From Vicugna vicugna (Eukaryota), in assembly GCA_013265495.1 (NCBI GenBank), contig MU058584.1, positions 2,203,599 to 2,267,598 on the forward strand: a DNA stretch of 64,000 nt, given 5' to 3'. Shown here one piece after another: positions 36,964 through 49,600 of the stretch. The stretch's first letter is position 1; each line of letters begins with the position of its first letter. Both the position numbers and the translations under genes were made by a program. The notes beneath the pieces are model-generated. The model was given only the letters and a program-made list of their open reading frames with translations. It was not told the DNA's origin and did no database searches.

Positions 36964-37574
36964 ATTTTATAAACATGGGGTAAGGGAATTTGAACCACAT
37001 GAGCCCATATCATGTCCCAAAGCCCCAGACTTGGCATTATGCATATATGATCTCTGAATGGTGAGGTAACTGACTTCGGAGCATATTACAAACTGCAGCT
37101 AAAACACAGTCCTTTTCCAATCACCACACTGCCTCTTCTTAAAGCCAATAGACAAAGAGAGGGAAGAGAGGCTTGATGCAAAAAATGCCTTAGACCACCT
37201 CCTTAGAGACTCATGTTCTGCTCTGCCTGCTGGGTTGTAAGCAACTGTGGCCCCTCCTTGGAAGCTGGTACCAGTACTGGCAGGCGCTGGATGGCGGCCA
37301 GCTTGGTCGTGCTTGGAACAGTGGCAGTTGTCAAAGAGTTAATGTTGGAGGGGGGGCGTGCACAAACACAAGGGGTTGGAGGGGGAGAGAGAGATGAATA
37401 CACCTTCCACCCCTCCACCCTGCTGTCTGACCTTCTGAAGTTGTGTCTGTGGTGGAAAGCCGAGAAACATGTTGTGAGAAGGGGCGTGGACGCAGTTAGA
37501 AGGACTTTCTCCCCTCCGCCCGGGCCAGCCAGACAGCAGAGCCCTGCACCGCCTGCGGCTGGGGAAGACTCTGT

Positions 37575-37770
37575 TGCTATGCGCCGGAAGCTTAATTTTA
37601 TTATTGCTCTCCCCTATTTAATGTCTGTCTCTCAGGCAGCTGGTGATGTTTTAATGAAGCTGGAATTGTATCGTCTGCAGCACTGGATAATCATAAGCTG
37701 CCGAGTCAGAATCAAATTAATAATTCATGAAATTAAAGTGTATAATTAATTTGAACCGTGCAGATGAGAA
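37575..37770. promoter_or_regulatory. Candidate conserved non-coding element, rich in homeodomain motifs
   Basis: Sharp AT-rich, non-repetitive block with many TAAT/ATTA cores and retained CpGs, inside GC-richer flanks. Confidence 0.4.
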
Positions 37771-40700
37771 GAAGGGCCAGGGCCCTCAGCCTGGAAGGAG
37801 CTGACGTGTGGGGAGTGTTGACTGAACCCAGCTTCCAAGCCCCCAAGTGTGGCATCTGGCTTGTGGGGTAGGTGTGAGGGGTCCGTGGGTCTGTCCACAC
37901 ACACACAGGCTCACCCGAAACAAGGTTCTTTCACCTGAAACTTGGAATAGGCTTCTCAGAAACTCTGAAGCCTTTTGATTGGTTTTGATTCACCCTCTTC
38001 TGGCCCCCGAAGAGTCTTGTTTTAATGGGGGATGTGATTGTCAGATGTTAGTGGGTGACAGGTCTTTGTGGCGCGGGGGTCCTGCCCTGGCTCCATCAGA
38101 CCCTTCACTCTTTTCTGCAGTTGGCAGGCACAGTCCCCAAATTCAGGACTTCTGTTGAGCTTCCAGACCCCTAGATGGCTCTCTCATAAATGCACTTCCT
38201 CGAATACACACAGAGAAATGCCAACAGTTTCCTCTAGACAACAGACACGATACGTCTCGTAGCGGGTACCTCCTCTGTCCTCGCCGATGCCCTTTGCAAC
38301 AGCTGAAGAAAGGTGTTCTCTGTGCCTTTCTTAGCAGCAAAGTGAAGGAACAGGAGCCCTGGTGCCTCATGCAGAGATGGGTGCTGGTCTGTAGGTTTCC
38401 GAACCACCCTGTCTTTCTCATCTGCCACTTTCAGGCCACTGTGTGTTTCTCGCCTCTGTTGCCTCTCGAAGGGGGAACGGGCAAAGATTCTGCTTATTAC
38501 TGGTGATGCTGACATAACTTCAGTGCCTGTTCTGCCTGTAGTCTGCAGACGTCGACTGGGATCCCTTTATTATATCTTTGGGATGCCTGCTCTGGTCCTT
38601 TCGTGTGCCGCTTGGTTTCAGATGACAGATGCTAGAGTGAGCAGAGGAACTTCGGGGTTCCGCTGTTCATTAGGAAATCCCTTCTGGTGTTTAAGGCTTC
38701 TTAAGCCTGGCATCCTCCTCCAGTGGAGTCTTGCAGAGAGCGAGAAGGAGAAACAGGGACCTGCCATTCGTCCATCCCTCTGTGTCAGGCCTTTGAAAGT
38801 TCTTGGTCTAAAGGGACAAATGCCTGGAAGCTATGATACTGACTCCTAATGTAGAACCTCCCCCACCCCGCCCCGCCCCGCCCAGGGTTTAGGCTGAATT
38901 GAGCCTCAACTGACTTCACATTCTTCAATCTCCAGAATGTTTATTGGTCCCTCGAATAGAGGCTTGCTCTGTCTGCCTCTGTGTTCACACCCTCAACCAG
39001 ACACCCCAGGAGGAAGTTGTGACCATGAGAAACCTCGCTAGTCATCCAGGGCCCCACGTGCCATGGTGTCCGGCACACGAGGGTGTTGGCTCACGCTTTC
39101 CCTACCTGCCTTTGCATGCACGGCCTTAACTTCTGCAGCACCTTCCTGCTTCTCCACAGTGAGGTTTCAGCCACTGGTGGTTTGCCAGACTGGCTGATTA
39201 CCCATAAACACATCTCAAAGTTCTGTTTCACTCCCAGCAATCCTTAAACCATCTCATGTCTCCCATCCTCAGACTAATGTGCAAATCGGGAACATCTGAT
39301 GCCCAATCCATAACCAATGCATTTCAGGGCAAAAATAATGTCCTATAATGTCTGGCTTCCTGTCTTCAAAGCACTTTGCCTCCACAAGTAAATCCTTATT
39401 AGGAAGTTGCCATCCATCATTTTTTCGGCAAGGCAGCCAAGACAGAGGATTAAAGTGACTTGCCCAAGGCAACTGGAATGGTTGGCACCGTGATGGGATT
39501 TGCTTCATCTTGTCTTCCTTTTCGGCTGGTGGAGGGAGACTCGGACAACCCCGGGATCTGGAAATGAAATGTAACTACCTAAGAGCCTCTGCAATTTCCT
39601 TCTCTTGTGCTCAATTGAAATTTTTGACCGCCCTGAGTGATTGGGTGTTATCTCTGGGAAAGTGTTATATTGCATGGCTTCTTGTATGGTCCTTTAGCCA
39701 TAGAAGTGTAATTTGGTTTTGACCAGATTAAAAATCATTTGAGACGTCTGAAGAGTTTGTACATGGTGTATCCTGGGGAGTTCTCTTCCTACAGGCCAAC
39801 ATTTTGGTCAACCCACAGCTGCCTCTTCCAAGGAATAGGATCTTCCGGATTTGAATAAATTGATTAGAATGTGCAGCATCTGCAGTCTTCTCCTGCCATG
39901 GGCTTAGTGTAGACAGAATGGGACAGGGTGGGACTGCTAGCTTCCAAGTCTGCTGTGCATCACCTGGGTACCTGGACGTGACCCTGCCAGCCCAGTTAGG
40001 TGAGCCAAGCAAGCAGTGATGAGGTTAGATCACCATAGGATCAGTTTAATCAACCAGGTGGCATTCACCCATAAATGTGGCTGGAACCAATGAATTAACC
40101 AAAACAAATGCCTGGTCACATCTGGATGGATGAATAGAAGCCACTGCAGAGAATTATATAAAATTGTCACCATGGCCATTGACCTCATTGAATTTGGCAC
40201 CATGTTTGAAGTCTGAAGAGTATGAGATGGAGGTCTATGGAGTATAAAAATGATGTTTAGAAAGTCTTTCAGGAAGAAATGTAAGTCTTAAAACCTACAA
40301 TGGGAAAAGAAGGCTTTGATAATAAAAGCAGCCCTGCTCCTCACCCCCTGGAGCAATGCTTTGTGGACGCCCTTTGTTCGTGTCTTTAGAGCTCTCTTGG
40401 TATGGGGCTGGTAGAGTCCACTTTTACGTGGCAGGAAACTGAGGCACCTCTGGGGCAGTCCCTGTGGACAGAGGCAGAATTGGGGCTCAGCACCCCTCTT
40501 AGCGCTTGCTTCCTCCAAGAGATGCTCCTGTGCCTCCGTAACGCAGGAGGGAGCTCTTCCCTTTGTAAGTTTTCTGGGTTCCCTCCAGCTGCTCTTTCTG
40601 ATCCCTTCATTTTGGTCAGATGCTCGAGCAGGGCAGTTGGGTGTCCCCGTTTTGCTAAAGCTCGACACCAGGCTCGGGCTTTATGACGTTGCAGACCCCT

Positions 40701-42383
40701 AGGGATAAATATTTTGACCCTTGAGCAGCTCCTGAGTGAGTTATTGCATTTCCCCCATGGCTTGTATATAATGAACGTGTAATGAAATTCAGTAATTAAC
40801 TTATTTAATTTATGTATTTGTTTAATGTGTGCCCTTAATGTCTGTCTCGCGATCTTAGGGAATTGCTACAATTCAGCTGGTTTGGATGGTAAGATTCTAG
40901 AATGCAGGGACGATGGCTGCGCCATTTGATTCGCTACTCACGGTGTCGTGTTAATAAAGTTACGTTTGGTTATTATTCAAAGGAATGCAGTTCCTATACA
41001 GGGCGGTTGAATGAAGTTCATTTTTGTAAGAAATAACATAATTTGAAAAGCAAATAGGGCAGATCACCTTCATTTAGTGCTTCTGAGCAGAGGGTGGGAA
41101 TTCTCTGGGTGAATCTTCTGGGCTGCCGTATCTGGTCACACAATTTCAACTGTTGAGACTTAGAGGTTGATTTAGAGTGTCACATACGCACACCTGGGGT
41201 GGTAAGGTCTTGAGCTGGTTTGGGGAAAAAGCCAGCAGCCCCCTCCCACGCTCCAGAGATGACTCATGGCTGCTTTCCTTTGGCCTCTGATGGGGTGACC
41301 TCTGCCACACATGCCATGAGGCTCTTGGCCTTAGTCAGCTGCTAGAATTTGGATGTCAGTACGTGGTGCATGGGCTTATTTTTGTTGCGTGCCAGAGGTC
41401 TTTGCCCCCCAGCTTTCAAGTTACCAGTACTGTCATCCCCCAACCTGTGAGGGGCACATGTAGAAAGTTGTCTGTCCCAGATCTGAGAAGGAGGCTCTGA
41501 CCTCACTGATGTTTTTAGTGGAATTTGTCAGCACGTGCATCTCCCTTCATCATCTGCTGGGATATGAGAAAAGAAACAAGTGAACAAAAAGAGAAGGCTC
41601 ATTCTAATGCATTCTGGTGAGGATTGGGGTGGCTCTCCAGTAAAGGCAGGTGAACCATTTCAGACTGCTTCTTGGAGATACAAGCAAAGTGCCCACAAGC
41701 AGCGAAGAAATTCTGTGCAAGCATATTCCCACTTCTTGTGCAAACCAATAATTTATTTGTTTTCCAAAATGGCAGCCCAAAGCCTAGAAGTCATTCGTAA
41801 TTTTCAGAAATTATTTATTATCATTATAACATTTCCCCACAGGCGGGCAGATAGCCCATTATTCAGAATTATAACCTCTCCTGGTCTTAGACATGGCCTG
41901 AATAATGAAATTGGAGGAAATGCAGAAAATCTGGGTATTAATGTTAACTAAACATACTTCACTCACTAGAAAGAAGGAACCTCTCTCAGCCAAAGATTTG
42001 TTTCTTCCCCACCATGCATAATTTTTTTGTTCAGGGCCTCTGGTTTTTTGACTTTAAAATTCCAGTTAAGAGTCATGGAGTGATTTTTAACTGCAGGATG
42101 CATCTCTTTCTCAATATTCTCCCCACCCAGTGCAAGATATTTCAGTTTAAACGGCCTGTTATTTTTCTTCACAGAGCTGTGTCTCTGCATGGGTGAGAAC
42201 TACAAAACCAGTCAGGAGGAATTTGATACGCCAAGTGGGTCGGCTCATTATAACTTCTAGGAAACCGCAAGATAATTGTGGGGCCTTTGCCCACAGGCTC
42301 CTGTCCTCCACACTCTCTCTGCTGGGCCTTTACACGCGTCTCTGCTTCCCTTGCAGTAGCCACTTCTCCTTACTGTCTGTCTG

Positions 42384-42558
42384 TTTGCTTGCTTGCTTTG
42401 TTTTTTTTTTGTTTTTGTTTTTGTTTGGTTTTTGGGGGGTGGAGGTCATTAGATTTATTTATTGCTATTTATTTATTTTTTAATGGAGTTACTGGGGACT
42501 GAACCCAGGACCTCATGCATGCTAAGTGCTCACTCTGCCACTGAACTCTACCCTCCCC
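42384..42558 (-). mobile_element. tRNA-Ala-derived camelid SINE (Vic-1-like)
   Basis: CTGGGGACTGAACCCAGGACCTCATGCATGCTAAG...CTCTGCCACTGAACTCTACCCTCCCC with an upstream T-rich tail. Confidence 0.88.
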
Positions 42559-42984
42559 ACTCTGGTCCCTTTTGCAGGGCATCTGAATAAAGGTGGCTGA
42601 CATGCATTTGTAAGGCAGGATTTTCAAGGTAGCATCCAGGGGATATTTATTTGCTAACTGACCTCAGAGGTTTCAAAAAGCAAAACTATATGTGACTCAA
42701 TTCATACAGTAAGTAGGAGAGAAGTTTTGGACCGTTGGCTTCAAATCATCAGAATGCGTTTGTTGGACAAAAAGTGACTTTTCTCTACATGGTTGCCTGT
42801 TGATAGATTCACTCACTCTGAAATGGTCCGCACTGACCTACTCAATGACCTTCGGCCCTTGGTCCACGTGCTCATATTTGTGCCTTCAGTTTTTTCCTCC
42901 CTCCTTCTCCTTTTCTTATCATCATCAGAAAGCATTTTTTTATCATCAAAATTTGTTTTCCTATTTTTATCATCAGGAAGTACT

Positions 42985-43200
42985 TATTATTACTAATAAC
43001 AGCAACAGGCAGCATTTATATAGTATTTATTATATTCCTGGGACTATTCTTTGCACTTTTATGCAGTTTATTTAATTAATTTCAAAGAAGCAAATGAAGT
43101 AAGTATAAATATTAGCCCTCTTTTATATAGTTAAGGAATCTGCGGCCCAGAGAGGTTAACTCACTTACCTAAGGTCACACAGCTAATAAGTGTCCTATTG
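42985..43200 (-). mobile_element. MIR SINE
   Basis: GGCCCAGAGAGGTTAACTCACTTACCTAAGGTCACACAGCTAATAAGTG is a close MIR core match. Confidence 0.85.
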
Positions 43201-44899
43201 AGTCGATGTAGGCAGGTAGTACCTGTGCACCTGTACACTGTGCTGCTTCTCAGTGTAAGTGCAATAAGCAAAGGACAGATAATGATAATAGTATTAATGA
43301 GAAGGAGAAGGAGAAAGAAGAGAAGAAAGATCAAGTAAAAGGAGTGAACATCACCAGACACTTCCTGTGCATCATGTCCTGGGACCGGCACTTTAAATTC
43401 ATTGCCCCGTTTAATCCTCCCAGTTGTTCCATGATGTAGGTACCATGAGTATCCCCTACTTTGCATATTTAGAAACAGACTTGTTAAAGACACTTGTTAT
43501 CGTTGGAATAAATCCTGGAGGGCTTCAGGACCTCTAAGTCCCGGTGAGGTCAGGCAGGCGGCAAAGTTGGGAGCTGCAGGAGGTTAGGAGCAGTGGGTCT
43601 TCCAGCTGCTTGGAGCACGGAGTCAGTGAATCCGTTTCTGGCCAGTCAGGCCGTCTGGCTCTGTTTTACCATCACAGCCCCTAACTGTCAGTCCCGGAGT
43701 TGACGGCACTGATGGAGAAAGTGGATGTGGAGGGGATGGGATAGAGCCAGCTCAGTCACCTGAAGCGCGTGCCTTGTGGGCTGTGACCCAGGAATGCCTG
43801 CTCTGTGCCCGAAAGCCCGGCATGTGCGTGTCCTGCGCTCTCCTGTGCTGCCCCGGGGAGCGGCGGTGTGGGTCCTGGGGCTGAGCTGTTGACGGTGTCA
43901 CTTCCTCGTCCCTGGTCGTATGGCCCAGTTCCATGTCAGGTTTGGAGGGTCGGTGGTTGTCTCCCCTCGCCTTTCCCACAGCCTGTTCCCATCCTTCTAA
44001 AAAGGTTCAGCGCCCTCCCCCTTGACAGGTTGTACTGGACCACAGGTGTCTGTGGCCCTCCCTGGTCCCCGTGCTTTAGCCATGCTGGTCTGACTAACCT
44101 TGCAGGTCAGGCTCCAAGATTCATCACTCAGAAAAAGTTCTGCTTCGCCTGAGCTTGGTCAAGGCCAGAACAGCAACAGGACATAAAGTCCAGGGAACTC
44201 AACCAGCTTCATCCCCTTGGTGTTAAGGGAGAGACTGAATAACTTGCAATTCGGGACCACATTTTCTCTTCTTCTAAGATCTGTCAACCCCTGTCCCTGG
44301 ATGGTGGAATTTTGAGTGTATTGCTTTGTTTTAATGTGCCAAAATGTAATAATCAGACGGATAGCACCCCTCAGAACAAAGTCAGAAAGATGGAGGATTC
44401 CAGTGTTTTTTGCCAGTGCATTGTTTGTGTGTGTGTGTCCAGGAGTGTGTCTGCTAATGTCTGTGTCTGTGACTTATAGTCAGCAGGTCTTCTAGAAGCT
44501 GGCCTCCTTCTCTGTCATCTCTAGGAACTTCCCGACCAGCGATGACCCCCTTGACCTAGTTTTGCAAGTCTCTCACCTTTTCACACCCTTTGCTTCCATT
44601 CCCCCATCACCCATGTTAGTGGCTCATACCATTTTCCCTTTTCATCAGACAACAAAAAAATAATAATAATAAATAAGAAGCTCCCTTGACTTCTCCTCTG
44701 ATTTCAGCCTGTCCCTTGATGAGGTCCCTGCTATTTTTATTTTTGTTTGTAGACGGAATAGGGGGATAAATATGGCCCCGGCGAACCAAAGCTCCCTGCT
44801 GGATGGGAAGGGGCTCCCTCATCTCATGGCAGCAGGGCTGTGTAACTGGTAGTTAAGCAGGGACCGAGAGGTCCACACTGTGAATGCCGTTGAAAGGGT

Positions 44900-45190
44900 T
44901 ACTGGGAAATGCAAACAAAAACAACATGCAAATGAGGCTGCCAGCAACAGGTAGACTTAATCAGATGCTGTCAGATGAATTCAGCATCTCCCCGATTGTC
45001 GCCTCTCTTTGCCTCCCATTCGGAAGCCCTCATCTGCTCCAGATGTGGTTTAATTTACTGCGACTTGGCTAATTACTGTAATTAAGGATTAATTACTGTT
45101 AATTACTTTCACATAAACTCAACGCCAGTCAAAGAGCGGAGCCTTATGAAGTCTGCCACCGAAGTGAGCACGGCTCGGCGGCCTGTGTGA
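44900..45190. promoter_or_regulatory. Candidate conserved enhancer (octamer plus TAATTA cluster)
   Basis: ATGCAAAT at 44926-44933, several CAGATG E-boxes, four TAATTA in 45070-45105. Confidence 0.45.
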
Positions 45191-45849
45191 GCTCTGCAGG
45201 TCTCCGTGTCTCGCCTGGGCCCCTGCTGCCATGAAGCTTCCTGACCTTCCAGCATCACCAGTGGGATGTGGGGGGACCAAAGGTGCAGGAAGGGTCAGTG
45301 CTCATGCCCTCCCAGGGCATCAACTACCAGGCACTTCCCTACACGATGGGCCACCAGAAGGGCAGGAATGATGTTGGGGAGACGACCTGGACAGCCTGCA
45401 GAGAGATGCGCAAAGCACCAGTCCTTCCCCGTGAATGTGCGAGTCAATCTTCTTTCTCTGTTATTACACTGTTGGCCTCGTGAGCTAGTGAGAAGCCAAG
45501 ATTCCACACTGGTGCTGGGGCACAGGAGAGGCTCACCATAGGTAACTGGAACAAAGAGAAAAGAGGAGGCTGGAAGTCAGCCCCAGGGCGTCTATTTTTT
45601 TGGAGTAACCACCGGCCCTACCTAAAACACGGTATTGTTTTTGTAGTAAGGAGTGGATAAAGGGATGGTTAAGCTTACTGCATGTACCGAATCCACAAAC
45701 ATGAGGGTTAGTCCCGCCCCAAATACCTGTTCCCCAACTTCACGTGGGCCCTCAGCTCTGCCTGTCAATGCTTTCCCTTGTTTTGGATAAGTAGTTACCT
45801 TCGTGACTCTTACAAATATTCCCCTTTCCCCAAGTCCTACATTCAGCCT

Positions 45850-46680
45850 CCTCCTGGTAGACGGCACCTTCTGCTGTGTGAAGGAAATTGAACCCTTTCA
45901 TCTGGAAATCCCTCAACCTCACCCTCATTGTCTCCAGAGGTATCCACGTCCCATCTCCCTCTTCTCTTCTCTTTGTGAGAAGCTCCTTTTTCTCTCAAAG
46001 TGATTCTTCCACTTGTGTCCCTTCTACTAGCCTCTCCTCTCCGGTCCTTGGCTTTGTCCATCACTCTCTTTGTCTTCTGTGTCGTCACTCTCTCACTTTG
46101 GGATGTGTTCTTTCCTCCAGCCCATGGAGATTCTTAAGCCTCTTCCAAACTATAGGAACCTTCCCTTGGGTCCATCTTTCTCCAGCTTTCTCCAGTCTTT
46201 CCCTTCCTCATACCATTCAAATCATCAAAGACAGAAGTCGTACTTTCTCAGCCCACTCCCGTCTTCCTTGGCCTCCATCCTTGACTGAAATTGTTCTACT
46301 TAATGTCACCAAGGACCCTCCATTACTCAATGCAACGTGTATTTCCAGTCTTTGTCTTAATAGACTTCTTTCTTTGCAATATTTCATACTTTCCTTCCTG
46401 ACTTCTTAGAAGCTCTACTCCTTGGCCTCTGTGATTCTGGGTAATTTTTTTTCCCTTGATGGGTTTCTCTTTCTCTGTCAGGCCCTTAGATGTTGGTGTT
46501 TCCCTAGAGTTCTGACCTCAGATAGGCAATGGGTGGATCTCGTTCTGTATACTTCCTGTGTGATCCTGTCCATCTCAGATGCTTTTGACTCACCCACCAG
46601 ACTGAGGACTACTCGATGCCAGGTCGTGTGTCTCATTCACTGTTGTATCCCAAAAGGGTGTAGCACCACCATCCACACAA
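45850..46680 (+). mobile_element. L2 LINE remnant
   Basis: TGAAATTGTTCTACTTAATGTCACCAAGGACCCTCCATTACTCAATGCAAC...CAGTCTTTGTCTT resembles the L2 RT region; ends in an L2 tail-like TCATTCACTGTTGTATCCC. Confidence 0.7.
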
Positions 46681-49600
46681 TGTGCCTCCTGTTTTCTGGA
46701 CCATGGAACCCTGGGTCATGTGCATCTTTGGGTACCCACCAGTGTAACTTGCAAGGGTCTTTCTTATTTCCTGTGCCACCTTACACAAGAGGATTTTTTT
46801 TTTTTTTTTGGTTAGGGTGAGGCAGGTTTTTGTGTCATTCCAGAAAATCCTAAGACTAGATTTTTTCAGAGTGGGGTCTAAAGAAGGTCTTTTTTGATTG
46901 TGAAATTGCAAAAGATGCATCGTTGGTGCAGAAAAGGAATACTGGAATAGTATGTAGTATGTTTTTATTCCCTGTACTACCATCTATTTATAAAAATTAA
47001 CCTGCCTAGACATAAGTAAGGTCATCTTGAAATTGGCAGAAGGATACTGCTCAGGTGTAAAGGCAACCTTACTTGGGGGCTAATGAAACACTGAGATGGA
47101 TGTTTTACTATAGCCAATTAAATTTTTCAATAAATTAAAAAAGAAATATTAAATAGCTTCATATTTGGATCAATTATAAGTGAGATTTTTAAATTTTTAT
47201 TAAATACTTTAAAAATTTACACTAAACCTGTTAATCAATTAAAAGAAAGTAACTCACATACAATTAAACTGTGTGTGTTTTTTTTTTAAATAGATCCTTT
47301 TGGGGTGTTTATTTCTAGGTCCACAGAAACATTCTGTTACTGTTTTTCTTTAGTGGACTAATCTGCAGACGAATTGTTGGGCTCAGTCATACCCATGCAA
47401 GCATTTGCTTTCTCTGTGTTACGTTGTGTAAGTGTGGATTCATTTTGTTTGTGTGCTTGTATCTTTCACTCCCTGTTTGCAGACTGATTTTAATGGACGT
47501 GCTGCTGTGTGTGATCTCAGTGGGTGTGCACTTTATATACAGTACAAATACATCCTTTGCTAGAACTGTGCGTTCTGAAGTTATCTGCGTTCGTAAGAAG
47601 TATATTAATGAACGTCCACAGATTCTCAGTAATGGTTTGAAGGAAGCATTTCTTGTACACAATGGACCAGAATCCACTTCAGTGGCCCACTCATTGGCAC
47701 GTGTAAAATCCAGAAAATATAAAAACTATGGTGCTAAATTACTTAACTACATTTTATTATTTCTTAGCTGAGTAATTAACTTCATGATTTGAAATTCTCC
47801 TTAGAAGTGAGAATTCTCCCTGTGTGTTTTGCAAGCCATCACCATCAGATAATGTGTTTGCCATAACTCGCTCTGTACTAACCCTTGAAGTTGGGGAATG
47901 GGCATTTTTTTCCTGTTATATGAAAAGATGATAACGTGGTTCACTTAACAAACACAGTGTGAATAAATGCCTGTTGTATGTCACACACAGTACTAGGCCC
48001 TGAGGATAACATGGTATTAAATTATCTGCAGTGATGAATCACAGTGTGATGAAATTAATACAATACCATTACCATGAGTAACAAATATAGTTTGACATAT
48101 TGAACACTTTTTCTCTCCTGTGGTGGGATGTATATACTTAAGTGCCCAGATACCAAATAAGGGGAAGGAGTGGAAGGATGAAAATTGTATATGATGGTGC
48201 TGTGACCTGGAGAAGGAACATTTACACACTGCTTTCCTGCCGAGGAAGTCAATTACTTTAGGAATATCTCTGAAGTAGGGCAATGTGGACTAAAAAGATA
48301 ATATCATGACATTATTTCCCAAGCTGAATAACAAGAGTTATAGACGTTAGGTGAAAGGTGAAACATATGACATTCCAAATGCTTCTACAATTCATTAATG
48401 CTATTACCAAAAAAAAAAAAGAAACTCCAGTTTAATTTTAGTGTAAATGCTTAATTTGTTTATGTGCTATGCAATTATTTATATTCTATTGCATAAGTTC
48501 TCTATACACCATGGCTTTAGCTCTCTGTTCCAAGTACCATATAAATATATTCCATATCTGCAACAGCACAGTCATTTGAAAAAAATAGGTATTGCTTTTA
48601 TAAAGCAGAGTACTTGGATGTAAGTATTCATTCAACACTTGGTGCAAAAGAATTTACTGAGTGGATCAAGTGGACAAAAGTAAGCATGCGTAGACGTGCA
48701 TAATCTAGATATAATGAGTTAAGTTATGTACGTTGCACATCTATAAAATATGTATGGTTTTGTACTTTAGACGTTTTTTGAGATATTATTGAGAAGGTTT
48801 ATAATGTGTGCTTTCTTGTGTGCCCCCATTAATGTGTGTGGCCATATGTGCGGGCTTACAGCCACACGTACAGGATCGTGCTGGACTGGTATGGATGGGC
48901 CTCCTTGTTGGTAGCTGCAACTACCAACAGCAATTGAAAACGAAAGGGAGAGGAAGAAGAAGAGCAGTGATTAGGGCTGCATTGTTCTGTACTGATCGCC
49001 GGCTGCCTGCTATTGTTTTCCAGCATCTGAAGATGAAACATATTCATTTAGCTTTCAGAACGAATGGCTTTAATAAGGGCAGAGCGGAGAGGTGGGGTAA
49101 CACTGATGACTGGAGAGACCCATCGAGGCTCCCCCTAAGGCCATTCCGTCAGAGCCGAGGACCACATGACCGTTAACTCCGCAATCAGGACAAGTTTTCA
49201 ACATTCCGGGGTATTCTTCAATGGCACAGAGAGTCATTTGGAGTCGAGGGAAGATGTATATCAGCTGTAATTGGATTCTGGCCCAGGCTCTTAGGATGTT
49301 ATCTATGGTGAGGGAATCAGGAGGGGTTGCACCCAGCCAGGCAGGTGTGATTCAAGCCCCAGTCAAGAGAGCAGCAGCCACCACGGGCCACCAGCTGGGG
49401 GCGTCCCGGCACACAGAGCTTGTCTGTTGGCCCAGGAGTCAGTGTGGTCTGTCAGTGGATGGAACTGATCCTCCTTCCCCTGTGGAAACAGGTTTCCGAA
49501 TATCCCGCGGGACAGAACTTTGGGCTCCCCGGATGAGGCCGCCCTGGTCGCACTTGACTAGACAAAGCTATTTAAGGCCTGAAAGTGCCCCCTCCAGCCT

